A stretch of 64,000 nt of DNA. Origin: Alphaproteobacteria bacterium. Lineage in GTDB: Bacteria; Pseudomonadota; Alphaproteobacteria; MPNO01. The position numbers were made by a program, and so were the translations under genes. Below the pieces are notes generated by a model. The model did not search any database. It was given only the letters and a program-made list of their open reading frames with translations, and was not told the origin of the DNA. Positions 37,454-47,633 of this stretch are shown here, in pieces (position 1 is the first letter of the stretch; each line of letters starts with the position of its first letter). Location of the stretch: the NCBI GenBank assembly GCA_965248835.1, contig CBDFLJ010000002.1, positions 416,001 through 480,000 of the forward strand. Direction: 5' to 3'.

Positions 37454-39875
37454 CCGGCGGGCCTATGTCGGGGCTGCCTTTCCGCGCAAGGAAGACGGCG
37501 CGCTGCTGACCGGACGGGCGCGGTTCATCGACGACATGGAGCCGGTGCCCGGGCTGCGCCACGCGGCGCTCCTGCGCTCGCCCCATCCCCACGCGCGGAT
37601 CCGCGCCATCGACGTCGCGCGCGCCGCCGCCCACCCAGGCGTGCACGGCGTTCTCACCGGCGCGGACATCGCGGCGATCACCAATCCGATCCCCTCCGCA
37701 GTGCGCGTGCCGATCGCGTACTACCCGATGGCCGTCGAGAAGGTCCGCTACGCCGGCGAGCCGGTGGCGCTGGTCGCCGCGGATGACCGCTACGTCGCGG
37801 AAGACGCGCTGGAGCTGATCGAGGTGGACTACGAGCCGCTGGCTCCGGTGGTCGACCTGGGCGAGGCGATGGCCCAGGGCGCGACGCTCCTGCACGAGGC
37901 GGTCGGCTCCAACATCGTCCATCACCGAACGTTCCGGTACGGCGATCCCGAGGCCGCGTTTGCCGAGGCCGATCACGTCGTCCGGCTCGACTGGCGGTTC
38001 CCGCGCTACGCCTCCACGCCGATGGAGACCTGTGGCGCGATCGCCCAGTTCGAGCGCGCGCCGGACCGCTACACCGTCTGGTCGAATTTTCAGGGCCCCT
38101 TCATCCTTCATTCGCTGATGTGCGGCGCGCTGAAGGTCCCGGGCAACCGACTGCGGCTGATCACATCGCCCCACAGCGGCGGCAGCTTCGGGATCAAGCA
38201 GGGCATGTTCCCGCACATGGTGCTGCTGGCCGCCGCCAGCCGGCTGCTCGACGCCCCGCTCAAATGGATCGAGGACCGGCTGGAGCACCTGACCGGCTCG
38301 TCCAGCGCATCCAACCGGCAGGACGCGATCGAGGCGGCGTTCCGCACCGACGGCGAGCTGATCGGGCTCAAGTTCTTCAACGTCGTCGATGTCGGCGCCT
38401 ACATCCGCGCCCCGGAGCCTGCCTCGGTCTACCGCATGCACAGCGCATCGAACGCCTGCTACCGGGTCGGGAACATATTCGTCGACAACCGGCTGGTGGT
38501 CACCAACCGGATGCCGATCGGCCTCAATCGCGGCTATGGCGGACCGCAGTTCTTTTTCGCCCTGGAGCGGGCGATGGATACCGGCGCCCGCCAGCTCGGC
38601 ATCGACCCGACCGAGATCCGCCGGCGCAACTTCATCGCCAAGGATGCCTTCCCCTACCGCACGCCCGCCGGCGCGCTCTATGACGCCGGCGACTACGAGG
38701 CCGGACTCGACGAGGCGATCCGGCTCGCCGGCTACGAAGAGCTCCTCGCCGAGCGCGCCCGCGCGCGTGAACAGGGCAGGCTGTTCGGTATCGGCGTGGC
38801 CGCCGGGGTCGAGCCCTCGGGCTCCAATATGGCCTATGTGACGCTCGCCCAGACCCCGGAAGAGCGCGCCAAGGCCGGCGGGCGCTCGGGCGGGCTGGGG
38901 ACCTGCACGGTGGCGATCGACCCTTCGGGCTCGGTGACCGTAAAGACCGTCTCAACACCGGCGGGCCAGGGCCACGGCACCGTCGCCGCCCAGATCGTCG
39001 CCGATGCGCTGGGCCTGCACCCCGAGGAGGTCGACGTGGTCACCGAGGTCGACACCCTGACCAGCGCCTGGTCGCTCGCCTCGGGCAACTACGCCAACCG
39101 GTTCTCCTCCGTGGTCGTCAGCGCGATCGCTGAAGGCGCCAGGCGGGTCGCGGACAAGGTCCGTTTGCTTGCCGCCGATGCGCTGGAAGTCGCGCCGGAG
39201 GATATCGAGTTGGTCGAAGGGACCGCCCGCATCGTCGGCGTGCCCGACAAGGCGCTGCCGTTCAAGCGTGTCGCGGCGCGGACCCACTGGCACCCCGCGG
39301 GCCTGCCGAAGGGGATGGAGCCCGGCATCTTCGAGACCGTCATCATGTCGCCGCCCGAACTCGGCCCGCCGGACGAGCAGGACCGCGTCGCCTCGGCGGT
39401 GACCTTCGGCTATGTCTGCGACATCGCCGCCGTCGAGATCGATCCCGCCACCGGCGAGATCGAGGTCAAGACCTATGTCTCGGTCCACGATGTCGGCACG
39501 GTGCTGAACAAGCTGATCGTCGAGGGCCAGATTTACGGCGGGTTCGCCCACGGGCTCGGCGGCGCGCTCCTCGAGGAGCTGGTCTACGACGCCGACGGCA
39601 ACCCGCAATCTGGCAGCTTCGCCGATTACCTGTGCATCACCGCACCGGAGATGCCGGAGGTGACGATCGGCCATCTCAGCACACCCTCGCCGCACAACGC
39701 GCTTGGCTCGAAGGGCATGGGGGACGGTTCCTCCATGCTGGCGCCGGCGGCGATCGCCAATGCCGCGGCCGATGCGCTGGGGCGCGAGGATATCGAGCTG
39801 CCGTTGACGCTCAACAAGGTCTGGGACCTGGCCGCAGGCCGCACCCACACCCGGATCGGCGGAGACCTTCGGTGA
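37443..39875 (+). CDS. hmfA: Xanthine dehydrogenase-family Mo subunit, 2-furoyl-CoA dehydrogenase large subunit-like
   Basis: RSPHPHA, SNFQGP, GGSFGIK, IRAPEPA, NRGYGGPQ, EPSGSNM, GQGH; gene order matches hmfABCDE. Confidence 0.78.
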   Translation: MPADRRAYVGAAFPRKEDGALLTGRARFIDDMEPVPGLRHAALLRSPHPHARIRAIDVARAAAHPGVHGVLTGADIAAITNPIPSAVRVPIAYYPMAVEKVRYAGEPVALVAADDRYVAEDALELIEVDYEPLAPVVDLGEAMAQGATLLHEAVGSNIVHHRTFRYGDPEAAFAEADHVVRLDWRFPRYASTPMETCGAIAQFERAPDRYTVWSNFQGPFILHSLMCGALKVPGNRLRLITSPHSGGSFGIKQGMFPHMVLLAAASRLLDAPLKWIEDRLEHLTGSSSASNRQDAIEAAFRTDGELIGLKFFNVVDVGAYIRAPEPASVYRMHSASNACYRVGNIFVDNRLVVTNRMPIGLNRGYGGPQFFFALERAMDTGARQLGIDPTEIRRRNFIAKDAFPYRTPAGALYDAGDYEAGLDEAIRLAGYEELLAERARAREQGRLFGIGVAAGVEPSGSNMAYVTLAQTPEERAKAGGRSGGLGTCTVAIDPSGSVTVKTVSTPAGQGHGTVAAQIVADALGLHPEEVDVVTEVDTLTSAWSLASGNYANRFSSVVVSAIAEGARRVADKVRLLAADALEVAPEDIELVEGTARIVGVPDKALPFKRVAARTHWHPAGLPKGMEPGIFETVIMSPPELGPPDEQDRVASAVTFGYVCDIAAVEIDPATGEIEVKTYVSVHDVGTVLNKLIVEGQIYGGFAHGLGGALLEELVYDADGNPQSGSFADYLCITAPEMPEVTIGHLSTPSPHNALGSKGMGDGSSMLAPAAIANAAADALGREDIELPLTLNKVWDLAAGRTHTRIGGDLR

Positions 39876-40741
39876 AGCCGGCGCCCTTTGAATACTGCCG
39901 CGCGGATGCGCTGGACGAAGCACTTGACCTGCTCACCGAGTTCGGCCCCGACGGCGCGGTCCTGGCCGGCGGCATGTCGCTTTGCGCGATGCTCAACTTC
40001 CGGCTGGTCCGGCCGGCTGCGGTGATCGACATCAACCCGGTCGCAGAACTGGCCGGGATCGCGCTTACGGACGGCTGGCTCGAGACCGGCGCGACCTGCC
40101 GCCAGGTCGATGCGCTGCAGTCCGAAGCCATCGCCGCCTGTGTCCCGCTTCTGGCACATGCGCTGCCCAGCGTCGGGCACTTCCAGACCCGCAACCGCGG
40201 TACGCTCGGCGGTTCGGTGGCCCATGCCGATCCCAGCGCCGAGATCCCGCTGTGTCTGCTGACGCTGGGAGGCGAGATCGCGCTCGCCTCCCAGGCTCGC
40301 ACGCGCGTGGTGCCTGCCCAGGAATTCTTCGCCGGAATCCTGACGACGACGCGGGAGCCCGACGAGCTGCTGACCGGGCTGCGGTGGCCGGTCGCCCCGG
40401 CGGGCGCGGGCTTCGCATTCGAGGAGATCGCTCAGCGCCACGGCGATTTCGCCATTGCCGCCGCGGCCGCTTCCGCCACGCTGGGCGCGGACGGATCCGT
40501 CCGCACGCTGTCGCTCGGGCTCGGTGGCGTGGAGGACCGGCCGATCATTGCCGAGGTTGCGCCGTTCATCGGCGCGCCGGCGACCGCGGAGACCGCCGGC
40601 GCGATCGCCGCGGCGGCGGCGCAGGAAGTCGAGCCGATCGAGGACATGCAGGCAAATGCCGCCTACCGGCGCCAACTCGTCCATGTGCTCGGCGCGCGGG
40701 TGATCGCGCGCGCCTTCGAAGACGCGCGGGCGGAGGCGTAG
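39872..40741 (+). CDS. hmfB: XDH-family FAD subunit
   Basis: KPAPFEY, LAGGMSL, QTRNRGTLGGS, RHGDFA. Confidence 0.78.
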   Translation: MKPAPFEYCRADALDEALDLLTEFGPDGAVLAGGMSLCAMLNFRLVRPAAVIDINPVAELAGIALTDGWLETGATCRQVDALQSEAIAACVPLLAHALPSVGHFQTRNRGTLGGSVAHADPSAEIPLCLLTLGGEIALASQARTRVVPAQEFFAGILTTTREPDELLTGLRWPVAPAGAGFAFEEIAQRHGDFAIAAAAASATLGADGSVRTLSLGLGGVEDRPIIAEVAPFIGAPATAETAGAIAAAAAQEVEPIEDMQANAAYRRQLVHVLGARVIARAFEDARAEA

Positions 40742-40744
40742 ACG

Positions 40745-41245
40745 ATGTTGCGCATCAAGCCCGACAGCCGGCACCGCGTAAGCGTTTGCGTCAACGGCCG
40801 GACCCGTGCGGGCTACGCCGCGCCGCGCACGCTGCTGAGCGACTTCCTGCGCCACGAGCTCAAGCTGTTCGGCACCCATGTCGGCTGCGAGCACGGTGTT
40901 TGCGGCGCCTGTACGGTGATGATCGACGGCCGCGCGAGCCGGTCCTGCCTGCGGCTCGCCGTCCAGGTCGATGGGGCGGAGATTCGCACCGTCGAAGGTC
41001 TGGCCGACGGCGAGGCGTTGAGCCCGCTGCAGCAGGCCTTCCACCGCCGCCACGCGCTGCAATGCGGCTTCTGCACGGCCGGCATCCTGATCTCGGCCAC
41101 CCAGTTCCTTGAGACCAACCCGCACCCGAGCGAAGCCGAGGTGCGGGACATGCTCTCCGGACACATCTGCCGTTGCACCGGCTACCACGCAATGGTGCAC
41201 GCCATTCTCGACGTCGCGGGAGGAGGGGAGGCGGAACCCGAATGA
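40745..41245 (+). CDS. hmfC: XDH-family 2Fe-2S subunit
   Basis: GCEHGVCGAC, QCGFC, CRCTGY. Confidence 0.8.
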   Translation: MLRIKPDSRHRVSVCVNGRTRAGYAAPRTLLSDFLRHELKLFGTHVGCEHGVCGACTVMIDGRASRSCLRLAVQVDGAEIRTVEGLADGEALSPLQQAFHRRHALQCGFCTAGILISATQFLETNPHPSEAEVRDMLSGHICRCTGYHAMVHAILDVAGGGEAEPE

Positions 41246-42822
41246 CCATGATCCCGCTGGGCACTTTCTTCGCCCGCGCGGTCGAGCGGGACCGGCACGC
41301 GCTTGCCGTCGTCGACGGGCCGGTGCGGATGAGCTACGGCGATTGGGACCGGCATGTTCGATGCCTCGCCGGCGGTCTCGCCCGACTCGGTATCGGGCCG
41401 GGCGATGCGGTGGTTCTGGTGCTGTCCAACCGGATCGAGATGGCGAGCCTGTTCTGGGCCTGCCAGATGATCGGCGCCCGCTTCGTGCCGTTCAACTGGC
41501 GCGGCACCGAGGACGATTTCGCCTACGTGATCGAGGACGCCGAAGCGGCGGCGTTCATCTACGAGCCGCGGTCGGAGACGGCGGCGATCCCGGCTGCGGA
41601 CCGCTGCGCGATCCCGGTGGAGCGCCGGATCGTCGTCGGCGGCGCCCAGGGCAGAGGCGTCCCCTTTTCCGAGCTCCAGGCGGGCTCATCGATCGCCGAA
41701 CCCGGGCGCGTCGATCCCGACTCGACCTGCCTGATGCTCTACACATCGGGCACCACCGGGCGGTCCAAGGGGGTGCCGCGCTCCCACAACGCAGAGCGCC
41801 ACGCGTCGATCGCCTGCGTCGCCCAGCTCCGCTACGCCTACCACGAGGTCCAGCTCGGCGTGATGCCGCTGTTCCACACCATGGGGGTGCGAGCGCTGGA
41901 GATGTCGGCGGTTCTCAACGGCGCCTATATCTGCATGCCGGGCTTCGATGCCGGCGAAGCGCTTTCCCTGATCCAGGCCGAGCGGATCGAGGCGCTGTTC
42001 CTGGTGCCCACGATGTTCCACGACCTGGTCCATCACCCCGACTGCGCGAGGACCGATCTGAGCTCGGTTCGGCATATCGGGTTCGCCGGCGCTTCGATGA
42101 CCTCGGCGCTCACCCGGCGCTGCGCGGAGGTCTTCGATCCCGAGATATTCGTCAACTTCTACGGCTCCTCGGAGATCTACACCTTTTCGACCTGCGATCA
42201 TGTGCTGGAGAAGCCGGGCTGCGCGGGGCGCGCGGGCATCGGACAGAGCCTGCGCGTCGTCCATGCCGACCCGGACGCCGGATCGGGGCCCGACCGGGTC
42301 CTGCCGCAGGGCGAGATCGGCGAAGTGATCGCGCCGATGGAGGGTCTGGATGCCTTCGAAGGCTATTGGAACCGCCCGGACGCGGATGCCAGGGCGATCC
42401 GCGGCGGCTGGTACTTCACCGGCGATCTCGGCTATTTCGACGAGGACGGAGAGCTGTTCCTGGTCGGCCGCGTCGACGACATGATCATCTCCGGCGGCGA
42501 GAACATCCACCCCGAGGAGGTCGAGGACGTGCTCGATGCGGTGCCGTTGGTCCGTCAGGCCGCGGTGATCGGAATGCCCGACGACCGGTTGGGCCAGAAG
42601 GTGGTGGCCTTCGTCGAGCCGGCCTCGGAGGAGGCCGTCGCCGAAGCGCTGGATGCCGCATGCCTGGCAAGCGGCCTCGCACGCTTCAAGCGGCCGCGCG
42701 CCTACGTCTTCGTCGAGCGCATCCCGCGCTCGGCCGCGGGCAAGCTGTTGCGCCGGCTGCTGCGCGAGGGCGAATACACCGTGCTGCCCGACTTTCGCAG
42801 CACGCTGCAGGAGGAGGAGTAA
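41242..42822 (+). CDS. hmfD: AMP-forming acyl-CoA ligase, 2-furoate-CoA ligase-like
   Basis: YTSGTTGRSKG, PLFHTMGVR, YGSSEIYT, KPGCAGRAG, TGD, GRVDDMIISGGEN. Confidence 0.8.
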   Translation: MTMIPLGTFFARAVERDRHALAVVDGPVRMSYGDWDRHVRCLAGGLARLGIGPGDAVVLVLSNRIEMASLFWACQMIGARFVPFNWRGTEDDFAYVIEDAEAAAFIYEPRSETAAIPAADRCAIPVERRIVVGGAQGRGVPFSELQAGSSIAEPGRVDPDSTCLMLYTSGTTGRSKGVPRSHNAERHASIACVAQLRYAYHEVQLGVMPLFHTMGVRALEMSAVLNGAYICMPGFDAGEALSLIQAERIEALFLVPTMFHDLVHHPDCARTDLSSVRHIGFAGASMTSALTRRCAEVFDPEIFVNFYGSSEIYTFSTCDHVLEKPGCAGRAGIGQSLRVVHADPDAGSGPDRVLPQGEIGEVIAPMEGLDAFEGYWNRPDADARAIRGGWYFTGDLGYFDEDGELFLVGRVDDMIISGGENIHPEEVEDVLDAVPLVRQAAVIGMPDDRLGQKVVAFVEPASEEAVAEALDAACLASGLARFKRPRAYVFVERIPRSAAGKLLRRLLREGEYTVLPDFRSTLQEEE

Positions 42823-42826
42823 GTCC

Positions 42827-43639
42827 ATGGAGCGAAACTATGCCGAGCACCGCGCGCAGATCCTGCGCGAGCTCGACGGTCTCAGGGTCGATGTCGACGT
42901 CGAGCGCGGCATCGGCCATCTGATCCTCGACCGCCCGCCGCTCAACATCGTTTCCTACCGTGCGCGCCGGCAGATCCGCGGCATCATCGAGGCGATGGAC
43001 GAGGATGCGGACATCGGCGTGATCGTCATCCGCGGCGCGAACGGGGTGTTCACCTCCGGCGGCGACGTGAAGTCCTTTCCGTCGATCCCCAAGGACGGAA
43101 TGTCCGATCTGGCCGATGACGTCGGCGCACCCGAGCGTTGCTCGAAGCCGGTGATCGCGGCCTTGGAGAAGTACTGCTTCGGCGTCGGGTTCGAGCTCGC
43201 GTTGGCCTGCGACTTCCGCCTGGCGGCGGCGGACTGCCTGGTGGCGCTGCCCGAAAGCGCGATTGGCCAGATGCCGGGCTCGGGCGGCAGCGTGCGGGTC
43301 GCCCGCATCGCCGGCCTCACGCGCGCCAAGGACATGGTGATGCTGGGCAAGCGGCTGAAGGCGGACCAGGCCAGGGACTGGGGCCTCTTGACCGACGTGG
43401 CGGCCGACGGCGATGGGTTGACCGCTCTGGTCCACGACTATGCCGCGCGCCTCAACGCATTGGCGCCGATCTCTCTGAGAGCGCTCAAGCGAGTGCTCAA
43501 CAGTGCCTATGATACCAGTCTCAAGGTCGCGCTCGACGTCGAGGGCCATTCCTACGAGAAGATCCGAACGACCGAAGATTATCTGGAAGGCATCAACGCC
43601 TTCGCCGAGAAGCGCAAGCCGGTCTACAAGGGCCGATAG
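42827..43639 (+). CDS. hmfE: Crotonase-family enzyme, 2-oxoglutaroyl-CoA hydrolase-like
   Basis: LDGLRV, RPPLN, APERCSKPVIAA, YCFGVGFE, GQMPGSGGS resemble HmfE. Confidence 0.75.
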   Translation: MERNYAEHRAQILRELDGLRVDVDVERGIGHLILDRPPLNIVSYRARRQIRGIIEAMDEDADIGVIVIRGANGVFTSGGDVKSFPSIPKDGMSDLADDVGAPERCSKPVIAALEKYCFGVGFELALACDFRLAAADCLVALPESAIGQMPGSGGSVRVARIAGLTRAKDMVMLGKRLKADQARDWGLLTDVAADGDGLTALVHDYAARLNALAPISLRALKRVLNSAYDTSLKVALDVEGHSYEKIRTTEDYLEGINAFAEKRKPVYKGR

Positions 43640-44367
43640 GCGCCATCGTCGGCGCGCGCGATCTCCAGGATCAGCTTCTTGAGGATTGCCTCGGCGAAGG
43701 TCCTGCGGCTTTCGGCCCGGATCACGAACGCGCGCGGACCGCCGATGATCGCGTTGCGGTAATATTCCGGCAGGTCGGGCATGGCCGGCCGCTCGATCAC
43801 CAGCCCGTTGATGGTGATCCCCTTGGCCACGGCAACGTCGCGGGCAAATTCGACTGGCTCGTAGGTGGTGTTCGGCCCGTCGCCGGACACGTCGATGATC
43901 CGCCGTGTGCCCGCAAAGCCGTTGTTTTCCAGCGAAAGCGTGGCCACGGCGATCGCCTCGGCGATTGCGTTGCCGCCCGGGCATTCCATCCGTGGCAGGA
44001 CGAGGATTGCCGCACCGAAGGCTTCGGCCGATATCCGGTCCGACACACGCGTCCAGGGCACGCCGATTCGGACGCAGCCGGGTGCGGCGAATTCGATATA
44101 GGCGAGCGCGACGGAGCGCAGGAAGCCCGACGAGATCGAATTGAGGATCCGCTCGTTGGCGATTGCTGCGGCATAACCCTGGCGTTGCAGCCGGGTCTCC
44201 TCTTCGTCGATGCTGAACGAGGCATCGACCACGAAGGCGATCTCGACATCGACCGGCACCGGACGGATCGCCTGCGCATGGCCCGCACGCGGCGCGAACG
44301 AAAAAACCACGGTCGCGATCGTCGCGATCGTCGCGATCATCGCGGTCAGCCGCCATCGGATCCCCAT
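43624..44367 (-). CDS. DUF1194 (vWA-like) exported protein
   Basis: VDASFSID, QRQGY, IDVSGDGPN, ITINGL, IIGGPRAFV; RBS AGGAGG. Confidence 0.88.
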   Translation of the reverse strand: MGIRWRLTAMIATIATIATVVFSFAPRAGHAQAIRPVPVDVEIAFVVDASFSIDEEETRLQRQGYAAAIANERILNSISSGFLRSVALAYIEFAAPGCVRIGVPWTRVSDRISAEAFGAAILVLPRMECPGGNAIAEAIAVATLSLENNGFAGTRRIIDVSGDGPNTTYEPVEFARDVAVAKGITINGLVIERPAMPDLPEYYRNAIIGGPRAFVIRAESRRTFAEAILKKLILEIARADDGAYRPL

Positions 44368-44480
44368 CCCGGCACCTCCTGCGTTCGCCCGGCGACCAAA
44401 ATAGCAGATGGCGCCCGGGAACGCCCGGGGACGCCCAGTTTGCTGTTGCAAACACGGGGTTTTCCGCGCCCCCTTTGACC

Positions 44481-45734
44481 ATGAAATCGATGTTCGGACT
44501 GGGCGGTCTGGCGCTGGCCTTCGGCAATCCCCACTTCCGCCTGTTCACACTGTCCAGCCTGCCCTCGTTGCTCGGGACCTGGGTTCAGCGGGTCGCCGTC
44601 GGCTGGCTCGCCTGGGAGATGACCGGCTCCGGTGCCTGGCTGGGTGTGATCGCCTTCGCCGACATGTTTCCGGTGATCGTCTGCGCGCCGGTCGCAGGCG
44701 CCTTCGCCGACCGGCTCGACCGGCTGCGTGCCGCGCGGATTCTGCAATACGCGTTGGCGGCCCAGGCGGCGATCCTGGCTGCGCTGGTCATCGGCGGGTT
44801 CATCACCATCGGGCTCCTGGTCGGGCTCACCTTCCTCCAGGGACTCCTCCAGGCGGTCCACCATCCGTTCCGCCAGTCTCTGATCGCAAACATGGTCGAG
44901 CCGGAAGAACTCAACGCCGCGATCGCGGTCAACTCGATGACGTGGCACGCCTCGCGCTTCGTCGGCCCGGCGTTGGCCGGGCTTGCCATCGTCATTGTCG
45001 GCGCCGGCAGCGCGATTGCGTACAATGCGCTCAGCTATATCCCGTTCGTGATCGCGCTCCACCGGTTGCGTCCACCCCATCAGCCGCCGCGGGCGGCCCG
45101 ACGGTCGGCCGGCGAGATTCCGCGCGAGATCGCCGCTGCGACCCGCTTCGTGCTCGGCCATCGCGCAATCGGGCCGATGTTCCTTGTCCTCGTGGCGATC
45201 TCGATCGCCGGCCGCGCGGCATCGGAGCTGCTGCCGGGCTTCGCCGGGGCGGTCTTCGGGCGCGACGCGATGGGGCTGGCCTGGTTGACATCGGCGGCGG
45301 GCTTCGGGGCTATGCTGGGTGCGCTGTGGTCTTCCCGGTCGGTCGACCTTGCGGGCTTGCCGTCTCGCGTCATCGCAGCCACGATCACGCTCGCCCTTTC
45401 GCTGTTCGGGTTCGTCGCGACCCAGAATTTCGCAATCGCGCTGATTTGCCTCGCCATATCGGCGCTTGCCCTGACCATTGGTGGCATCGGGACCCAGACG
45501 ATCGTCCAGACTTCGGTGCCTGAGGCGATGCGCGGCCGCGTGATGGGGCTGTTCGGGGCGCTCTGGCTCGGCCTTCCGGCGCTGGGCGCGCTTTCGGCCG
45601 GTGCGCTTTCGGATTGGATCGGGTTGCGGGCCGCGGTCGGCGGCTTTGCCGTGCTGCCGGCGCTGGCCTGGCTTTGGGCCTTGGGCCGCCGCAAGGCGAT
45701 CGCCCGCGGCATCGGCGTCCCGGCGGCTCCTTGA
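44481..45734 (+). CDS. MFS transporter
   Basis: About 12 hydrophobic segments, GAFADRLDR, MRGRVMG. Confidence 0.92.
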   Translation: MKSMFGLGGLALAFGNPHFRLFTLSSLPSLLGTWVQRVAVGWLAWEMTGSGAWLGVIAFADMFPVIVCAPVAGAFADRLDRLRAARILQYALAAQAAILAALVIGGFITIGLLVGLTFLQGLLQAVHHPFRQSLIANMVEPEELNAAIAVNSMTWHASRFVGPALAGLAIVIVGAGSAIAYNALSYIPFVIALHRLRPPHQPPRAARRSAGEIPREIAAATRFVLGHRAIGPMFLVLVAISIAGRAASELLPGFAGAVFGRDAMGLAWLTSAAGFGAMLGALWSSRSVDLAGLPSRVIAATITLALSLFGFVATQNFAIALICLAISALALTIGGIGTQTIVQTSVPEAMRGRVMGLFGALWLGLPALGALSAGALSDWIGLRAAVGGFAVLPALAWLWALGRRKAIARGIGVPAAP

Positions 45735-45800
45735 TGGCGCGCGTCCCACCGGAGTATTTAGGGCGCAAGACCGAAGAACCGGCGCCGAGGTGCATGAACG

Positions 45801-47003
45801 GTGGCAGCGCGAGACGACCGAATCCTGATCGCCGGCGGCGGCCCGGTCGGCGCGACCGCTTCCTATCTGCTGGCCCGCGAGGGGATCCCGGTCACGCTGC
45901 TGGAGAAAGAGGAGGGCGTGGTCCTCGACTACCGCGCCTCGACCATCCATCCGCCGACGCTGGACCTCCTCGAGGCGTGCGGCGCGACTGCCGCGATGAT
46001 CGAGATGGGGCTGGTCTGCCCGGTCTGGCAGTTCCGCGACCGCGAGCGGGGACCGATCGCCCAGTTCGACCTCTCGGTGCTGGCCGGCGACACCCGCCAT
46101 CCCTACCGGCTCCAGTGCGAGCAGTTCAAGCTGGTCGGCTGGCTCTATGAACGGCTGTCCGAGATGGACGGGGTCCGTCTGCTGTTCGGTCACGAGGTCA
46201 CGGATCTGGCCCAGGACGAGGACCGGGTGCGGGTGACCGCCGATGGTCCGCACGGCGCGGTCGCGCTCGAAGGCCGCTATCTGATCGCCGCCGACGGCGG
46301 ACGATCGGTGGTGCGCAAGCTGCTGGGCATCGACTTCGACGGCTATACCCACCCCGAGCATTTCCTGGTCTCGGGGACGACGTTCGATTTCAAGTCCGCG
46401 ATGGCCGATATCTGCTCGGTCAACTACACCGCCGATCCGGTCGAATGGTTCCTGCTGCTGGAGATCCCCGACATGTGGCGCGTGATCGTGCCGGTCGGAA
46501 CCGAGGTGGAGGCCGACGACGCGGTCTCCGACGGCTATATCCAGGGCTGTCTCAACAACCTGCTGCCCCGCGATGAACCTTACGAGATCCTGGTGCGCGG
46601 GATCTACAGGGTGAGCCAGCGGGTCGCCGCGCGCTATCGCAGCGGGCGCGCGTTCCTGGCCGGCGATGCCGCCCACATCAACAACCCGCTCGGCGGCATG
46701 GGGCTCAACGGCGGGCTGCACGATGCGATCGACCTGTGCGGTCGGCTGGCCGCGGTCTGGCACGGTCGATCCCCGGATGCCGAGCTCGACGGCTACGAAG
46801 TCCAGCGCCGCCCCGAGGCGGTCAACGCGATCAGCGCGATCACCGAGCGCAACAAGAAGCTGATGGAGGAGCGCAACCCGGAGATCCGCGGCCGCAACCT
46901 GGCCGACTGGCGGGCGCTGGCCGCCGATCCCGACCGCACCTACCGTTACCTGCTCGAGACCTCGATGATCGGCTCGCTGCGGCGATCCGGGATGCTCCGA
47001 TGA
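45801..47003 (+). CDS. FAD-dependent monooxygenase (group A, MhpA-like)
   Basis: GGGPVG, AADGGRS, GDAAH.NNP.GGMG.N. Confidence 0.92.
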   Translation: MAARDDRILIAGGGPVGATASYLLAREGIPVTLLEKEEGVVLDYRASTIHPPTLDLLEACGATAAMIEMGLVCPVWQFRDRERGPIAQFDLSVLAGDTRHPYRLQCEQFKLVGWLYERLSEMDGVRLLFGHEVTDLAQDEDRVRVTADGPHGAVALEGRYLIAADGGRSVVRKLLGIDFDGYTHPEHFLVSGTTFDFKSAMADICSVNYTADPVEWFLLLEIPDMWRVIVPVGTEVEADDAVSDGYIQGCLNNLLPRDEPYEILVRGIYRVSQRVAARYRSGRAFLAGDAAHINNPLGGMGLNGGLHDAIDLCGRLAAVWHGRSPDAELDGYEVQRRPEAVNAISAITERNKKLMEERNPEIRGRNLADWRALAADPDRTYRYLLETSMIGSLRRSGMLR

Positions 47004-47102
47004 TCGCCGCCGGCGCAAGGGCCTTGGTTGTCCTCGACGAGGCGGCGACGGCCGAACGCGGCAGGATGCAGGCCAGGCACACGGAACAGGCAGGAGTCCT
47101 CG

Positions 47103-47633
47103 ATGGTTGAAAGCGGTGCCGGGCCCGGCTGGCCGGACGAGATCCATGAGACGCTCGGCCGGCTCGGCGTCCGCCAGATCGCCTATGTGCCCGATGCCGG
47201 ACACAAGCGGCTGATCGAGCGCTGCCAGGCCGACAACCGAATGGTCTCGATCCGGCTGACCAGCGAGGAAGAGGGGATCGCCCAACTCGCCGGCGCCTGG
47301 CTCGGCGGCGACCGCGGCACGCTGTTGATGCAGTCCAGCGGGGTCGGCAACTGCATCAACATGCTGGGCTTCGTCCAGGAATGCCGCATGCCGCTGCTGA
47401 TGCTGGTGACCATGCGCGGCGACTGGGGCGAGTTCAACCCCTGGCAGGTGCCGATGGGCCAGTCGACCGGCGCCGTGCTCGAGGTCGCCGGGGTGATCGT
47501 CAAGACCGTCGAACGTGCCGAGGACATCGCCGAGACGGTCTACGCCGCGGCGCGGCTCGCTTTCGATTCCTACCGGCCGGTCGCGGTGCTGATCGGCCAG
47601 CGGGTGGTCGGCTTCAAGGAGTGGGACAAATGA
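47103..47633 (+). CDS. TPP decarboxylase PYR subunit (sulfopyruvate/phosphonopyruvate decarboxylase alpha-like)
   Basis: YVPDAGH, EEEG, QSSGVGN, TMRG. Confidence 0.82.
   Translation: MVESGAGPGWPDEIHETLGRLGVRQIAYVPDAGHKRLIERCQADNRMVSIRLTSEEEGIAQLAGAWLGGDRGTLLMQSSGVGNCINMLGFVQECRMPLLMLVTMRGDWGEFNPWQVPMGQSTGAVLEVAGVIVKTVERAEDIAETVYAAARLAFDSYRPVAVLIGQRVVGFKEWDK

Noticed and set aside
44312-44338. 9-bp tandem repeat GTCGCGATC x3
   Set aside because: In-frame IAT repeat in a signal peptide; no sign of phase variation
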